The notes under the pieces were generated by a model, which had not been told where the DNA came from, ran no database searches, and worked only from the letters and a program-made list of their open reading frames with translations. This document shows, one piece after another, positions 53,164-61,469 of a stretch of 64,000 nt of DNA (position 1 is its first letter; the number at the start of each line of letters is the position of its first letter). The DNA is from a virus (taxonomy: Duplodnaviria; Heunggongvirae; Uroviricota; Caudoviricetes), in IMG/VR virus record IMGVR_UViG_2541047759_000001, one strand, 5' to 3'. Position numbers and translations under genes: made by a program.

Positions 53164-54450
53164 ATGAATACTGGATATTCTCCCGAACAAGGGCGGGGCT
53201 TCGTTCGTCCTGAAAAACAGAATCTGCAAAATTTTGCCGAAATTATTCCGGTTATTTCCGGCCTTACTGGCGGGAGTGAAACCAATATTGTTAACGCCAG
53301 AGCGTTGCAGATGTTTGATGATAAAAAGGGAGTAAATTTAACTTACACCCCTGACGGCAATCAGAATATGAGCATTATCTCTGAGTCAGGTTTCTACAAA
53401 CTAATAAAAACAAAAAGCGCCCCGTTGCCGGAGCGCCTTTGTGAACAATTAACCTACTGCGCAAAAAATGAATCTGAGCAGTGGGATTATATCAACCATG
53501 TGGAGAAGCGCCACAATTGCCGAATAACGGGCAAAACAAAGGCCACCCGCTACGGTGGCCCCTCGACACAAGCTACACGTTATCCCCAACGCATGAGCAT
53601 TGCCAACAATGCCACATTTGCGGCTGGTGGGCAATGCAATCAGTCAGGTTCAGTTCGTTGCCATACCTGCAATGAGCGCTTTTCCCTGTACTCTTTAAGG
53701 AATTGCTCAAGGGCAAAAGCACATGGCGCGAATCTTTCTGATTCATGCTCTATCTTTCTGCGCCGTCTTTTCCGTGCCGGTGATAATGTTTTGGTCAATT
53801 CTTTATCGGTCATTGTGTTGTCCTGCATAGCAATGCGCCGTAGTTACTCACACCACGGCGCTGGTGATGGTTACTCCTGCTCTTTGGCCTTGCGGCGCTG
53901 GCGGCGTTTGATCTCGCCTTGCATTGACGCAATGATGAATTGTGATGTGCTTTCGCCTGATTCTTTCACTGATTCCATGGCGTTTACTATTTCGTGTGGT
54001 ACACGAGCCTTTAGAGCTTGTGATTTTGCGTTTGTTGTACCCGTTGCCATTTCTATTCCTCTGTTGGATTGGTGGGGGACAGTATACACAGAAAAAGCAC
54101 AAATAAAACCCTTGACGTGGGCCACACCTAAAGCATATAGTGGGCCACACCTTGAGATTATCAAGGTGCATAAATGCAAAGCCCCGCAAGTGTCGTTACC
54201 ACTCGCAGGGCTTCTAACCACCAACGATAGCGAAAGTATCGAGGTAGCTATGTTAAATCATACCACACACCCGCAAGGGCGGGACTCGCACAACCTGAAT
54301 AAATACATCTGGCGTTTTATCGCCCTGAGCACGGCACAACCGCGCGTGATTACCATTGAGGCCACCAGCGAACAGGAAGCACGCCAGCAATCTCCGGCTG
54401 GCTGCGTGATGGTATTTGCTGCCCGTATTCGTCAGGGGGTAGGCTTATGA
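53164..54450 (+). CDS. Long ORF of doubtful reality (428 codons); only the last 66 codons (54250..54450) look like a coupled small gene
   Basis: Open frame without stop, but the middle is Cys/Arg/Ser-rich, spans a promoter/operator region and is antisense to a well-formed RHH gene. Confidence 0.2.
   Translation: MNTGYSPEQGRGFVRPEKQNLQNFAEIIPVISGLTGGSETNIVNARALQMFDDKKGVNLTYTPDGNQNMSIISESGFYKLIKTKSAPLPERLCEQLTYCAKNESEQWDYINHVEKRHNCRITGKTKATRYGGPSTQATRYPQRMSIANNATFAAGGQCNQSGSVRCHTCNERFSLYSLRNCSRAKAHGANLSDSCSIFLRRLFRAGDNVLVNSLSVIVLSCIAMRRSYSHHGAGDGYSCSLALRRWRRLISPCIDAMMNCDVLSPDSFTDSMAFTISCGTRAFRACDFAFVVPVAISIPLLDWWGTVYTEKAQIKPLTWATPKAYSGPHLEIIKVHKCKAPQVSLPLAGLLTTNDSESIEVAMLNHTTHPQGRDSHNLNKYIWRFIALSTAQPRVITIEATSEQEARQQSPAGCVMVFAARIRQGVGL
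53871..54050 (-). CDS. Ribbon-helix-helix (Arc/CopG-like) DNA-binding protein, candidate island repressor
   Basis: MATGTTNAKSQALKARVPHEIVNAMESVKESGESTSQFIIASMQGEIKRRQRRKAKEQE; AGAGGA RBS; divergent from a promoter with operator repeats. Confidence 0.5.
   Translation of the reverse strand: MATGTTNAKSQALKARVPHEIVNAMESVKESGESTSQFIIASMQGEIKRRQRRKAKEQE
54112..54151 (+). promoter_or_regulatory. Rightward promoter (TTGACG ... TATAGT) overlapped by two GTGGGCCACACC operator repeats
   Basis: -35 at 54112-54117, -10 at 54136-54141; GTGGGCCACACC at 54117-54128 and 54140-54151. Confidence 0.45.
54250..54450 (+). CDS. Small hypothetical protein, first gene of the rightward island operon
   Basis: ATG 54250 with GAGG RBS; 66 aa; stop overlaps next start (ATGA). 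Confidence 0.45.
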   Translation: MLNHTTHPQGRDSHNLNKYIWRFIALSTAQPRVITIEATSEQEARQQSPAGCVMVFAARIRQGVGL

Positions 54451-54677
54451 GCCAGGAAATCACACTACAACAGGCAGCAGAACGCGCCCACCAAATCGAA
54501 GTTATTTGCGCACTGGCAGAGGATTACCCTGGCATGATGACCGACAGCGAATCAGGGGCAATCATCGGCTTACTTAAACGCCTTAGCGGTGAGGTCTGCG
54601 TATTCCTGAGCGATGAACAGGAAAGAAGAACGCTTATTTCTAACGAAAAAAAATGCGGAGGGGTACATGTGCAATAA
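54447..54677 (+). CDS. Hypothetical protein
   Basis: 76 aa, translationally coupled. Confidence 0.45.
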   Translation: MSQEITLQQAAERAHQIEVICALAEDYPGMMTDSESGAIIGLLKRLSGEVCVFLSDEQERRTLISNEKKCGGVHVQ

Positions 54678-55101
54678 AACCACACCGGACGCAGCCGCCG
54701 CCGCACTCACTACGCTGATGCACGCGCTTATTGATATTGAATGCACGGCAGAGCTTGCGCAGGGAGAAGAACAGAAAGACCGGACACAGTTCGCCCTGGA
54801 ATGTATCCGATACATCGCAACGCGGTCGCTGAATGACGCTAAAAATATTCTTGTTGCTGATTGTGAAAATGGGGGGGTTATGCGTGATGATCGTTTTAAT
54901 TCCCTGAAACAGGAATTTTCCGGCGTTCCTGATGATGCGGCTGATGCGCTTTCGTCAATGCCAGAGCTTATTAGAGCGGATTTTTTCTTACTTTCCACGA
55001 GAGAATATAAATCAACGGGGCTTGATGTACTGAATATCGCCGCCGATTATGCTGATTTCGTGACAGAGGTTATTTTAAGAAAAACGACGGACGGGGATTA
55101 A
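54667..55101 (+). CDS. Hypothetical protein
   Basis: ATG 54667 with GGAGGGG RBS; 144 aa. Confidence 0.45.
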   Translation: MCNKTTPDAAAAALTTLMHALIDIECTAELAQGEEQKDRTQFALECIRYIATRSLNDAKNILVADCENGGVMRDDRFNSLKQEFSGVPDDAADALSSMPELIRADFFLLSTREYKSTGLDVLNIAADYADFVTEVILRKTTDGD

Positions 55102-55102
55102 T

Positions 55103-55336
55103 ATGCGTGATATTTACCACGAAACAATAGACCGCGCATTTCTTGCACTTTCTCACAGTGAAAATATGTTGGAAATATTGCGCATATGTCTTGAAACGCT
55201 TGGAGATAATGAACGTGATAAACAGAAATCAAGGATTGTCACGGCATTAATAACGCTTCTTGAGCCTGTAATAAATGAGTTGCAGGAAATAGAGACATTA
55301 CACGACCAGTATAAAGCGCCCCACACCGGAGAATAA
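55103..55336 (+). CDS. Hypothetical protein
   Basis: 77 aa. Confidence 0.4.
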   Translation: MRDIYHETIDRAFLALSHSENMLEILRICLETLGDNERDKQKSRIVTALITLLEPVINELQEIETLHDQYKAPHTGE

Positions 55337-55341
55337 AAATA

Positions 55342-55641
55342 ATGAAACTTAAATATTCTGGCTTAACTGCCAGTGGCAAAACTCGCACTAAATTCATGCG
55401 CGGTGATATTTACCGCGATAAGTACGGCGGCACGGTAATGATTAAGGGCGTGGAGGAACGGCGCGTAACCTACCGTCGTGAAGGCTACGAATATGATTGC
55501 GTGATGCCTGTTTATCAGTTCGACCGTGATTTTTCTCTTGTGCAGGCCGTACCGCGTAACGTGCCCACCAGCAGGGAGAAAGCACGCGCCAATATTCAGA
55601 AGATGAAAACCATGATTAAAGGATTCAGGGGTAAAAAATGA
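55342..55641 (+). CDS. Hypothetical protein
   Basis: 99 aa, overlaps primase start. Confidence 0.4.
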   Translation: MKLKYSGLTASGKTRTKFMRGDIYRDKYGGTVMIKGVEERRVTYRREGYEYDCVMPVYQFDRDFSLVQAVPRNVPTSREKARANIQKMKTMIKGFRGKK

Positions 55642-57392
55642 AACTGGCACCGAACGTAAAACAGCAGTCACGCGGCATAAAACACAAAGGAACAGAAGTC
55701 ATTATTTTTGCGGGTAGTGATGCCTGGGCACACGCGAAACAATGGCAGGAACATGATGCGCGTATGGCCGGAGATAATGAGCCTCCTGTGTGGCTTGGGG
55801 AGCAGCAGTTATCAGAACTGGATAAGCTGCAAATTGTGCCGGAAGGCAGAAAATCCGTGCGCATATTCAGGGCCGGATATCTTGCGCCAGTAATGATAAA
55901 GGCGATTGGCCAGAAGCTGGCGGCGGCAGGCGTACAGGATGCAAATTTTTACCCTGATGGTATGCACGGTCAGAAGGTGGAGAACTGGCGCGAATATCTG
56001 GCCCGTGAGCGCCAGAATCTTTCTGATGGTCTGGTCATTGAGCTTCCGGTAAAGCAAAAGGCGCAACTTTCGCAGATGGCGGACAGTGAGCGCGCGCAGC
56101 TGCTTGCCGATCGCTTTGATGGCGTTTGCGTACATCCTGAAAGTGAAATCGTTCACGTATGGCGCGGCGGGGTATGGTGTCCGGTCAGCACAATGGAACT
56201 TAGCCGCGAAATGGTGGCGATCTATTCAGAGCACAGGGCCACTTTCAGCAAGCGCGTAATCAATAACGCCGTGGAAGCGTTAAAAGTTATTGCCGAACCA
56301 ATGGGCGAGCCGTCCGGCGATTTGCTGCCGTTCGCCAATGGTGCGCTTGACCTGAAAACGGGGGGATTTTCCCCGCACACGCCGGAGAACTGGATCACCA
56401 CGCACAACGGCATTGAGTACACGCCACCAGCACCAGGGGAGAACATCCGCGATAACGCGCCAAACTTTCATAAATGGCTTGAGCACGCAGCCGGAAAAGA
56501 CCCGCGCAAGATGATGCGTATATGTGCCGCGCTGTACATGATTATGGCGAACCGGTACGACTGGCAGATGTTTATTGAGGCCACCGGAGACGGCGGGAGC
56601 GGTAAAAGTACATTCACGCACATAGCCAGCCTTCTGGCAGGGAAACAGAACACGGTAAGCGCTGAAATGACATCGCTTGATGATGCTGGTGGACGTGCGC
56701 AGGTTGTCGGGAGTCGTCTTATCGTCCTGGCTGACCAGCCGAAATATACAGGCGAAGGAACGGGCATCAAGAAAATCACGGGCGGTGACCCCGTGGAAAT
56801 TAACCCGAAATACGAAAAGCGTTTCACGGCTGTAATCAGGGCGGTGGTGCTGGCGACCAACAATAACCCGATGATATTCACCGAACGGGCCGGAGGTGTG
56901 GCACGTCGTCGCGTGATTTTCCGTTTCGACAATATCGTCAGTGAGGCCGAAAAAGACAGGGAGCTACCGGAAAAGATCGCGGCTGAAATCCCTGTCATTA
57001 TCCGCCGATTGCTGGCGAACTTTACCGACCCTGAGAAGGCACGGGCTTTACTACTGGAACAGCGTGACGGTGATGAAGCACTGGCAATAAAGCAACAGAC
57101 GGATCCGGTTATTGAGTTTTGCCAGTTCCTGAATTTTCTGGAGGAAGCGCGCGGCCTGATGATGGGGGGCGGTGGCGATTCAGTGAAGTACACGACCAGG
57201 AACAGCCTTTACCGCGTCTATCTGGCGTTTATGGCATACGCAGGCAGGAGCAAACCGCTAAACGTAAATGACTTTGGAAAGGCTATGAAGCCTGCCGCAA
57301 AAGTTTACGGACATGAATATATTACGCGGAAAGTTAAGGGGGTAACGCAGACTAACGCAATAACAACAGACGAGTGCGACGCGTTTTTATAA
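55638..57392 (+). CDS. Primase/replication protein, P4-type D5-like NTPase (pri-rep)
   Basis: 584 aa; Walker A GDGGSGKST; D5-N-like region upstream; followed directly by iterons. Confidence 0.8.
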   Translation: MKLAPNVKQQSRGIKHKGTEVIIFAGSDAWAHAKQWQEHDARMAGDNEPPVWLGEQQLSELDKLQIVPEGRKSVRIFRAGYLAPVMIKAIGQKLAAAGVQDANFYPDGMHGQKVENWREYLARERQNLSDGLVIELPVKQKAQLSQMADSERAQLLADRFDGVCVHPESEIVHVWRGGVWCPVSTMELSREMVAIYSEHRATFSKRVINNAVEALKVIAEPMGEPSGDLLPFANGALDLKTGGFSPHTPENWITTHNGIEYTPPAPGENIRDNAPNFHKWLEHAAGKDPRKMMRICAALYMIMANRYDWQMFIEATGDGGSGKSTFTHIASLLAGKQNTVSAEMTSLDDAGGRAQVVGSRLIVLADQPKYTGEGTGIKKITGGDPVEINPKYEKRFTAVIRAVVLATNNNPMIFTERAGGVARRRVIFRFDNIVSEAEKDRELPEKIAAEIPVIIRRLLANFTDPEKARALLLEQRDGDEALAIKQQTDPVIEFCQFLNFLEEARGLMMGGGGDSVKYTTRNSLYRVYLAFMAYAGRSKPLNVNDFGKAMKPAAKVYGHEYITRKVKGVTQTNAITTDECDAFL

Positions 57393-57404
57393 TTTTTTGT
57401 AATT

Positions 57405-57640
57405 GCTGTCTACCCTGTCTACCTGAGTAAAGAAAAATACATTTAATTCAGTGCATTAAGTTAGGTAGATAGCCTTTTTTTACTGTCTACCCACTATCTA
57501 CCCTCTCTACCTGATTTTACCTGAATCAGACAGGGAGGTAGACACGGGGTAGATAGTGGATAAAAGCACTCTACCCCGCTGAAAGCCGCGCCATTACTGG
57601 CATGAGGGCCACTAAGGTAGATAAGGTAGACAAGGGGAGG
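57405..57640. repeat. Island replication origin: GGTAGA/TCTACC iterons
   Basis: At least ten copies of TCTACC or its complement in both orientations, immediately after the primase stop. Confidence 0.6.
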
Positions 57641-57680
57641 CACAACTCAAAACTTTTTAAACGAGGGGGTAAAAATAAAT

Positions 57681-57959
57681 ATGCACACTTCAGGGAAATT
57701 TAATAAATCACTCAAAAAACGCAGAGACAGAACAGAACCGAAATATCGCGCGTTAGACATGACAGAGCACGCTTTAAAGGTGGCAATCAGAACGATAGAC
57801 CGCCACGCGGGGGAAGGATACGCGAAAGCACATCCCGAACTGATAAGCGCATTCATGACCACGACGGCGGCAAATTTTGCCACGCTGACAGAGCGGGAGA
57901 TTGCCGAAGCGGAACAGGTAACAACCATCAACGTTAAAACCGGAGAGGTGGAATCATGA
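57681..57959 (+). CDS. Hypothetical protein
   Basis: ATG 57681 with GAGGGGG RBS; 92 aa. Confidence 0.45.
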   Translation: MHTSGKFNKSLKKRRDRTEPKYRALDMTEHALKVAIRTIDRHAGEGYAKAHPELISAFMTTTAANFATLTEREIAEAEQVTTINVKTGEVES

Positions 57960-58378
57960 CAGCACAGATAGCAGCTTACGGGCGGCTGGTGGACGACCCG
58001 CAGGTAAAACAGACCAGCAAGGGCACACCGATGACGCTGGCGCGTATGGCGGTCCCCCTTCCGTGCAGCCAGGCAGATGACGGAACGGCGACGATGTGGT
58101 TATCCGTCCTGGCATTTGGCAGACAGGCCGAAGCACTGGAAAGGCACCGCAAGGGTGAACTCCTGAGCGTGGCGGGTAACATGCAGATCAGCCAGTGGAC
58201 TGGGCAGAACGGAGAAACGCGGCAGGGCTGGCAGGTTATCGCAGACAGTGTAATCAGTGCGCGAACGGCGCGACTGGGCGGCAAAAAAGGTCAACAGGGC
58301 CAGGCTACTGACGCGCTGAACAGGGCAAAACAACAGGCGGGGAATGATGATCCGTACGGGGATAACATACCGTTTTAA
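57956..58378 (+). CDS. ssb: Single-stranded DNA-binding protein-like (OB fold, acidic C-terminal tail)
   Basis: ...AYGRLVDDPQVKQTSKG... OB-like N-region and C-terminal ...DDPYGDNIPF resembling the SSB DDDIPF tail. Confidence 0.65.
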   Translation: MTAQIAAYGRLVDDPQVKQTSKGTPMTLARMAVPLPCSQADDGTATMWLSVLAFGRQAEALERHRKGELLSVAGNMQISQWTGQNGETRQGWQVIADSVISARTARLGGKKGQQGQATDALNRAKQQAGNDDPYGDNIPF

Positions 58379-58393
58379 GCGACGAGAGACAGA

Positions 58394-58418
58394 AGCCGGA
58401 GCAATCCGGCTTTTTTAC
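58394..58418 (+). terminator. Intrinsic terminator after ssb
   Basis: gccggagcaatccggc + tttttt. Confidence 0.6.
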
Positions 58419-58793
58419 GGGGCCTCCTGGCGGGGTGGGCCTGAACACGGGGCGGGAAGCGCGGAAAAAAGCGCATTTTTGTGATTTTATCGTCATCATC
58501 ATCATGAGCGTAATTTATTGTTTTTAATTGTTTTGATGCAAAAAAGATGATGGTTGTGGTTAATTTTTGTTCGACATCTTTGCAGGCAGATAAAAAAGCC
58601 CGATAAGGTCAGAGGTGGCTTATCGGGCTTTTGCATATGAGGCTTTTTGGTGCACTGACACACATGATCGGGATAATCATTTCATAATTTGCAACACAAC
58701 TCAATATCATTGCACAAAATGCAATCCTGATTATAATCAGAGCTGGATGAACATCCAGTTATGATTTTTTAAGTCAAAGAGGAATTTCTTACT

Positions 58794-59000
58794 ATGGCTG
58801 AAGAGAAAAAAGGCGGTATTTCGGTGTACATAAGCCCCGACATCGTGAAGGCGCTCAAGGAACGCCACCAGCAGAACGTAAAAGCAGGCATTGCGGCAGG
58901 ACTTGATCCGCTGGCGATGGTTGAGCCGTCAACAGGCTGGCAGGTACGCGCCTATTTACGCGCGGCGCTGGGTATGAATCAGGTTCACGGGGGTGAATAA
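58794..59000 (+). CDS. Small protein upstream of capsid gene (possible RHH fold)
   Basis: 68 aa; ISVYISPDIVKALKERH resembles an RHH strand-helix start; stop overlaps capsid ATG. Confidence 0.45.
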   Translation: MAEEKKGGISVYISPDIVKALKERHQQNVKAGIAAGLDPLAMVEPSTGWQVRAYLRAALGMNQVHGGE

Positions 59001-60055
59001 TGACAGTAAAAGCAATGGCACTTAACACTAACCAGCTTTTTGCGTACCTGAATCGCGGGGATATTGCGGAATTTAAATTCAGTCCGCTGTTTACCACGCT
59101 GTTTTTCCCGAACGTGGCGACATTCAGCACGCAAAACATCATGCTGGATACCCTGGACATTGAAGAAGTCACCATGTCGGCGTTTTGTTCGCCTATGGTG
59201 GGTAGCCAGGTTCAGCGCGATAAAGGGTACGAAACCAGCACGATTAAACCTGGCTACATGAAGCCAAAGCACGAAATCGATCCAACGAAAACCATCATGC
59301 GCATGGCTGGAGAAGATCCGGCACAGCTTAACGACCCTACCTATCGCCGTATGCGCCTGATTACTGGCAATATGCGCCGCCAGATAAACGCCATAAAAGC
59401 GCGCGTGGAATGGCTGGCGGTAAATGCGGTAACGACCGGAAAAAACATCATTGAAGGCGAAGGCATAGAGCGCTATGAAATCGACTGGAAGATACCGGAA
59501 AAAAACATCATAGAGCAGGCCGACGGGAAAAAATGGTCAGAGCAGGACAAAGAAACCCACGATCCAATCTATGATATCGAACTATACGCCGATCAGGCTG
59601 GTTGCCCCGCAAACGTCATGATTATGGGCGCTGAGGTATGGCGAACGTTACGCAGCTTTAAAAAATTCCGTGAGCTGTACGATCTTTCCCGTGGTTCAGA
59701 GTCCGCCGCAGAGCTGGCCTGTAAAAACCTGGGCGAAGTGGTGAGCTTTAAAGGCTATCTGGGCGATATTGCCCTTATCGTCTATTCCGGCAAATACACT
59801 GACAGCGACGGCACAGAAAAATATTTCCTTGAGCCTGATTTGCTTGTCCTGGGCAACACCAACAATAAAGGGCTGGTGGCCTATGGTGCGATTATGGATC
59901 AGGACGCAGTAAGAACGGGCGCAACGCAAAACATGTTTTACCCGAAAAACTGGATTGAGGACGGCGATCCGGCGATTGAGTACGTGCAGACGCACAGCGC
60001 ACCGCAGCCGGTTCCGGCAGATATTCGCAAATTTGTTACCGTCAAAATTGGTTAA
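59000..60055 (+). CDS. Satellite-encoded major capsid protein, divergent paralog of prophage gpE
   Basis: Collinear with ORF 28232..29260; shared blocks GEDPAQLNDP.YRR.R.IT, NIIEQADGKKWSEQD, VVSFKGY.GD.A. Confidence 0.85.
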   Translation: MTVKAMALNTNQLFAYLNRGDIAEFKFSPLFTTLFFPNVATFSTQNIMLDTLDIEEVTMSAFCSPMVGSQVQRDKGYETSTIKPGYMKPKHEIDPTKTIMRMAGEDPAQLNDPTYRRMRLITGNMRRQINAIKARVEWLAVNAVTTGKNIIEGEGIERYEIDWKIPEKNIIEQADGKKWSEQDKETHDPIYDIELYADQAGCPANVMIMGAEVWRTLRSFKKFRELYDLSRGSESAAELACKNLGEVVSFKGYLGDIALIVYSGKYTDSDGTEKYFLEPDLLVLGNTNNKGLVAYGAIMDQDAVRTGATQNMFYPKNWIEDGDPAIEYVQTHSAPQPVPADIRKFVTVKIG

Positions 60056-60066
60056 CGGGGGATTCT

Positions 60067-60402
60067 ATGGACACTCCATACATTGAGTTATTTGCAGGCA
60101 GTCAGCAGGTCGCCACGACGCTGGTACATTTTGCCGCTGATGCTGGCGTTATTCAGGAATTTACCCCGCTGATGCTGGCGGACAATGGCGAGTTTAAGCC
60201 GTGGGATGGTAAGGAATCTGGCAAGGCTGTTTATCTGACCTCGTACCCTGTGGACACGTCAAAGCAGAAATCAGCACAGTGTTACAAGACGGGGATATTC
60301 AATATTGCCGCCGTTAACTGGCCTGAGAGCGTCGACACCGATGCGAAAAAATGCGCCGCCTTTGCGGGTTCCGGCGTATCCGTTCAGCCGCTGGCCCGAT
60401 AA
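60067..60402 (+). CDS. Satellite-encoded head decoration protein, divergent paralog of prophage gpD
   Basis: Shares TPLML, WDG and WPESVD..KK..AF.GS blocks with ORF 27827..28174. Confidence 0.7.
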   Translation: MDTPYIELFAGSQQVATTLVHFAADAGVIQEFTPLMLADNGEFKPWDGKESGKAVYLTSYPVDTSKQKSAQCYKTGIFNIAAVNWPESVDTDAKKCAAFAGSGVSVQPLAR

Positions 60403-60414
60403 GCAGGGGGAACG

Positions 60415-60828
60415 ATGGCAACGAATGAAAGCATCATGACGCTACCGCTGGCGAGTAAATTTAAAGCCGAAGCGCGGGCAATGGCTGACAGAGGTTTATC
60501 AACCTATGAGGCCGTATATCAACTAAACAAACTGGAAGAGCAGGACAAGCCGCGCGCTGATGCGATTATGGCGCTTCATGAGCATAAAGACTATCAGCCG
60601 CTGTTACGTGCAATGGCAAACGTGCCATGTATTAGCGTCGATAATGCTCGTGAAATCCTGAACATGACCATAGAGCAGGAGCGCCCAAAGGTTGCACCAG
60701 AGCTTACCGCAGCCTTTGAAAACTTTATGGACATGCACAGCCCGCAAGCCGTATCAGCTGGCATGGCATACGATGGCAGAAACCAGGGCGATGACGGCGA
60801 CATCGATCGCATACTGAAAACCATCTGA
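60415..60828 (+). CDS. Satellite-encoded scaffold-like protein (Nu3-like, resembles C-terminal part of prophage gpC)
   Basis: C-terminus ...AAFENFMDMHSPQAV... parallels ...ALFEHFMANHSPAAV... at the end of ORF 26285..27790. Confidence 0.65.
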   Translation: MATNESIMTLPLASKFKAEARAMADRGLSTYEAVYQLNKLEEQDKPRADAIMALHEHKDYQPLLRAMANVPCISVDNAREILNMTIEQERPKVAPELTAAFENFMDMHSPQAVSAGMAYDGRNQGDDGDIDRILKTI

Positions 60829-60833
60829 GACAA

Positions 60834-60858
60834 GGCCGGAGAAATCCGGCTTTTTTAC
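60834..60858 (+). terminator. Intrinsic terminator after capsid module (near-copy of the 58394 terminator)
   Basis: ggccggagaaatccggc + tttttt. Confidence 0.6.
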
Positions 60859-60861
60859 GGG

Positions 60862-60925
60862 TCCTTCCTGGAATTATGGCCCGTTACGGGGCGGCGACCT
60901 CGCGGGTTTTCGCTATTTATGACGT
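60862..60925 (+). other. Island cos site copy 1: lambda-type cosN, cohesive end GGGCGGCGACCT at 60889-60900, direct orientation
   Basis: ccgttacGGGGCGGCGACCTcgcgggttttcgctatttatga, near-identical to prophage 21905-21945; downstream sequence diverges. Confidence 0.75.
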
Positions 60926-60989
60926 TTTTCCGTGAAGGTGACACCACCACCACTTGATTAATATTTAACCATGCAGTTAAGGTAACATT

Positions 60990-61424
60990 ATGATTGATAA
61001 AGCTTGTTTTGTAAGTCAGCAGGAAATAGCTGAACATTTCAAGGTTAACAGAACCACTATTCGCGCATGGACCAAACAGGGGATGCCGTATCTTAATGCG
61101 GATCGCGGAAAGTCTGGCGGTTATCACATCGGGCATACATTGCTTTGGTCTTCAGGTAAAAGCCGTCTTGAGGCCATCAGATATCACGTAGAAACCAGTG
61201 CGCTGGAAAAAATTATGTTTGCCAGGCTGCTTTCATCTGAGCGTGACGAGTACTCCAGTGAAGAAACAGAACATCGATTTGATGAAGGTTTGCAGATTTA
61301 CGGCTATTCACCGGAAGATGTGAGCAAGGCACGAAATAAAATGGCTGGCTTTCTGGCTGGGTGGCGTCATGCCGTAAGCGTTCGCCGTGCCAGCATGGAG
61401 CAATCAGCCGATACAGAACAGTAA
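60990..61424 (+). CDS. Terminase small-subunit-like protein with Nu1-type N-terminal HTH and unrelated C-terminus
   Basis: ...QQEIAEHFKVNRTTIRAWTKQGMPYLNADRGKSGG... parallels the recalled lambda Nu1 N-terminus (..LADIFGASIRTIQNWQEQGMPVLRGGGKG..); C-terminus lacks the gpA-interacting motif seen in the prophage Nu1. Confidence 0.6.
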   Translation: MIDKACFVSQQEIAEHFKVNRTTIRAWTKQGMPYLNADRGKSGGYHIGHTLLWSSGKSRLEAIRYHVETSALEKIMFARLLSSERDEYSSEETEHRFDEGLQIYGYSPEDVSKARNKMAGFLAGWRHAVSVRRASMEQSADTEQ

Positions 61425-61469
61425 AGCCGATAACTTGTTAATCACTCGCAGCAATGCATGTGATTTGTG

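Noticed and set aside
57405-57640. Possible CRISPR array (repeated short motifs)
   Set aside because: Repeats are 6-8 bp iterons in both orientations without regular repeat-spacer periodicity; position immediately after a primase gene fits a replication origin.
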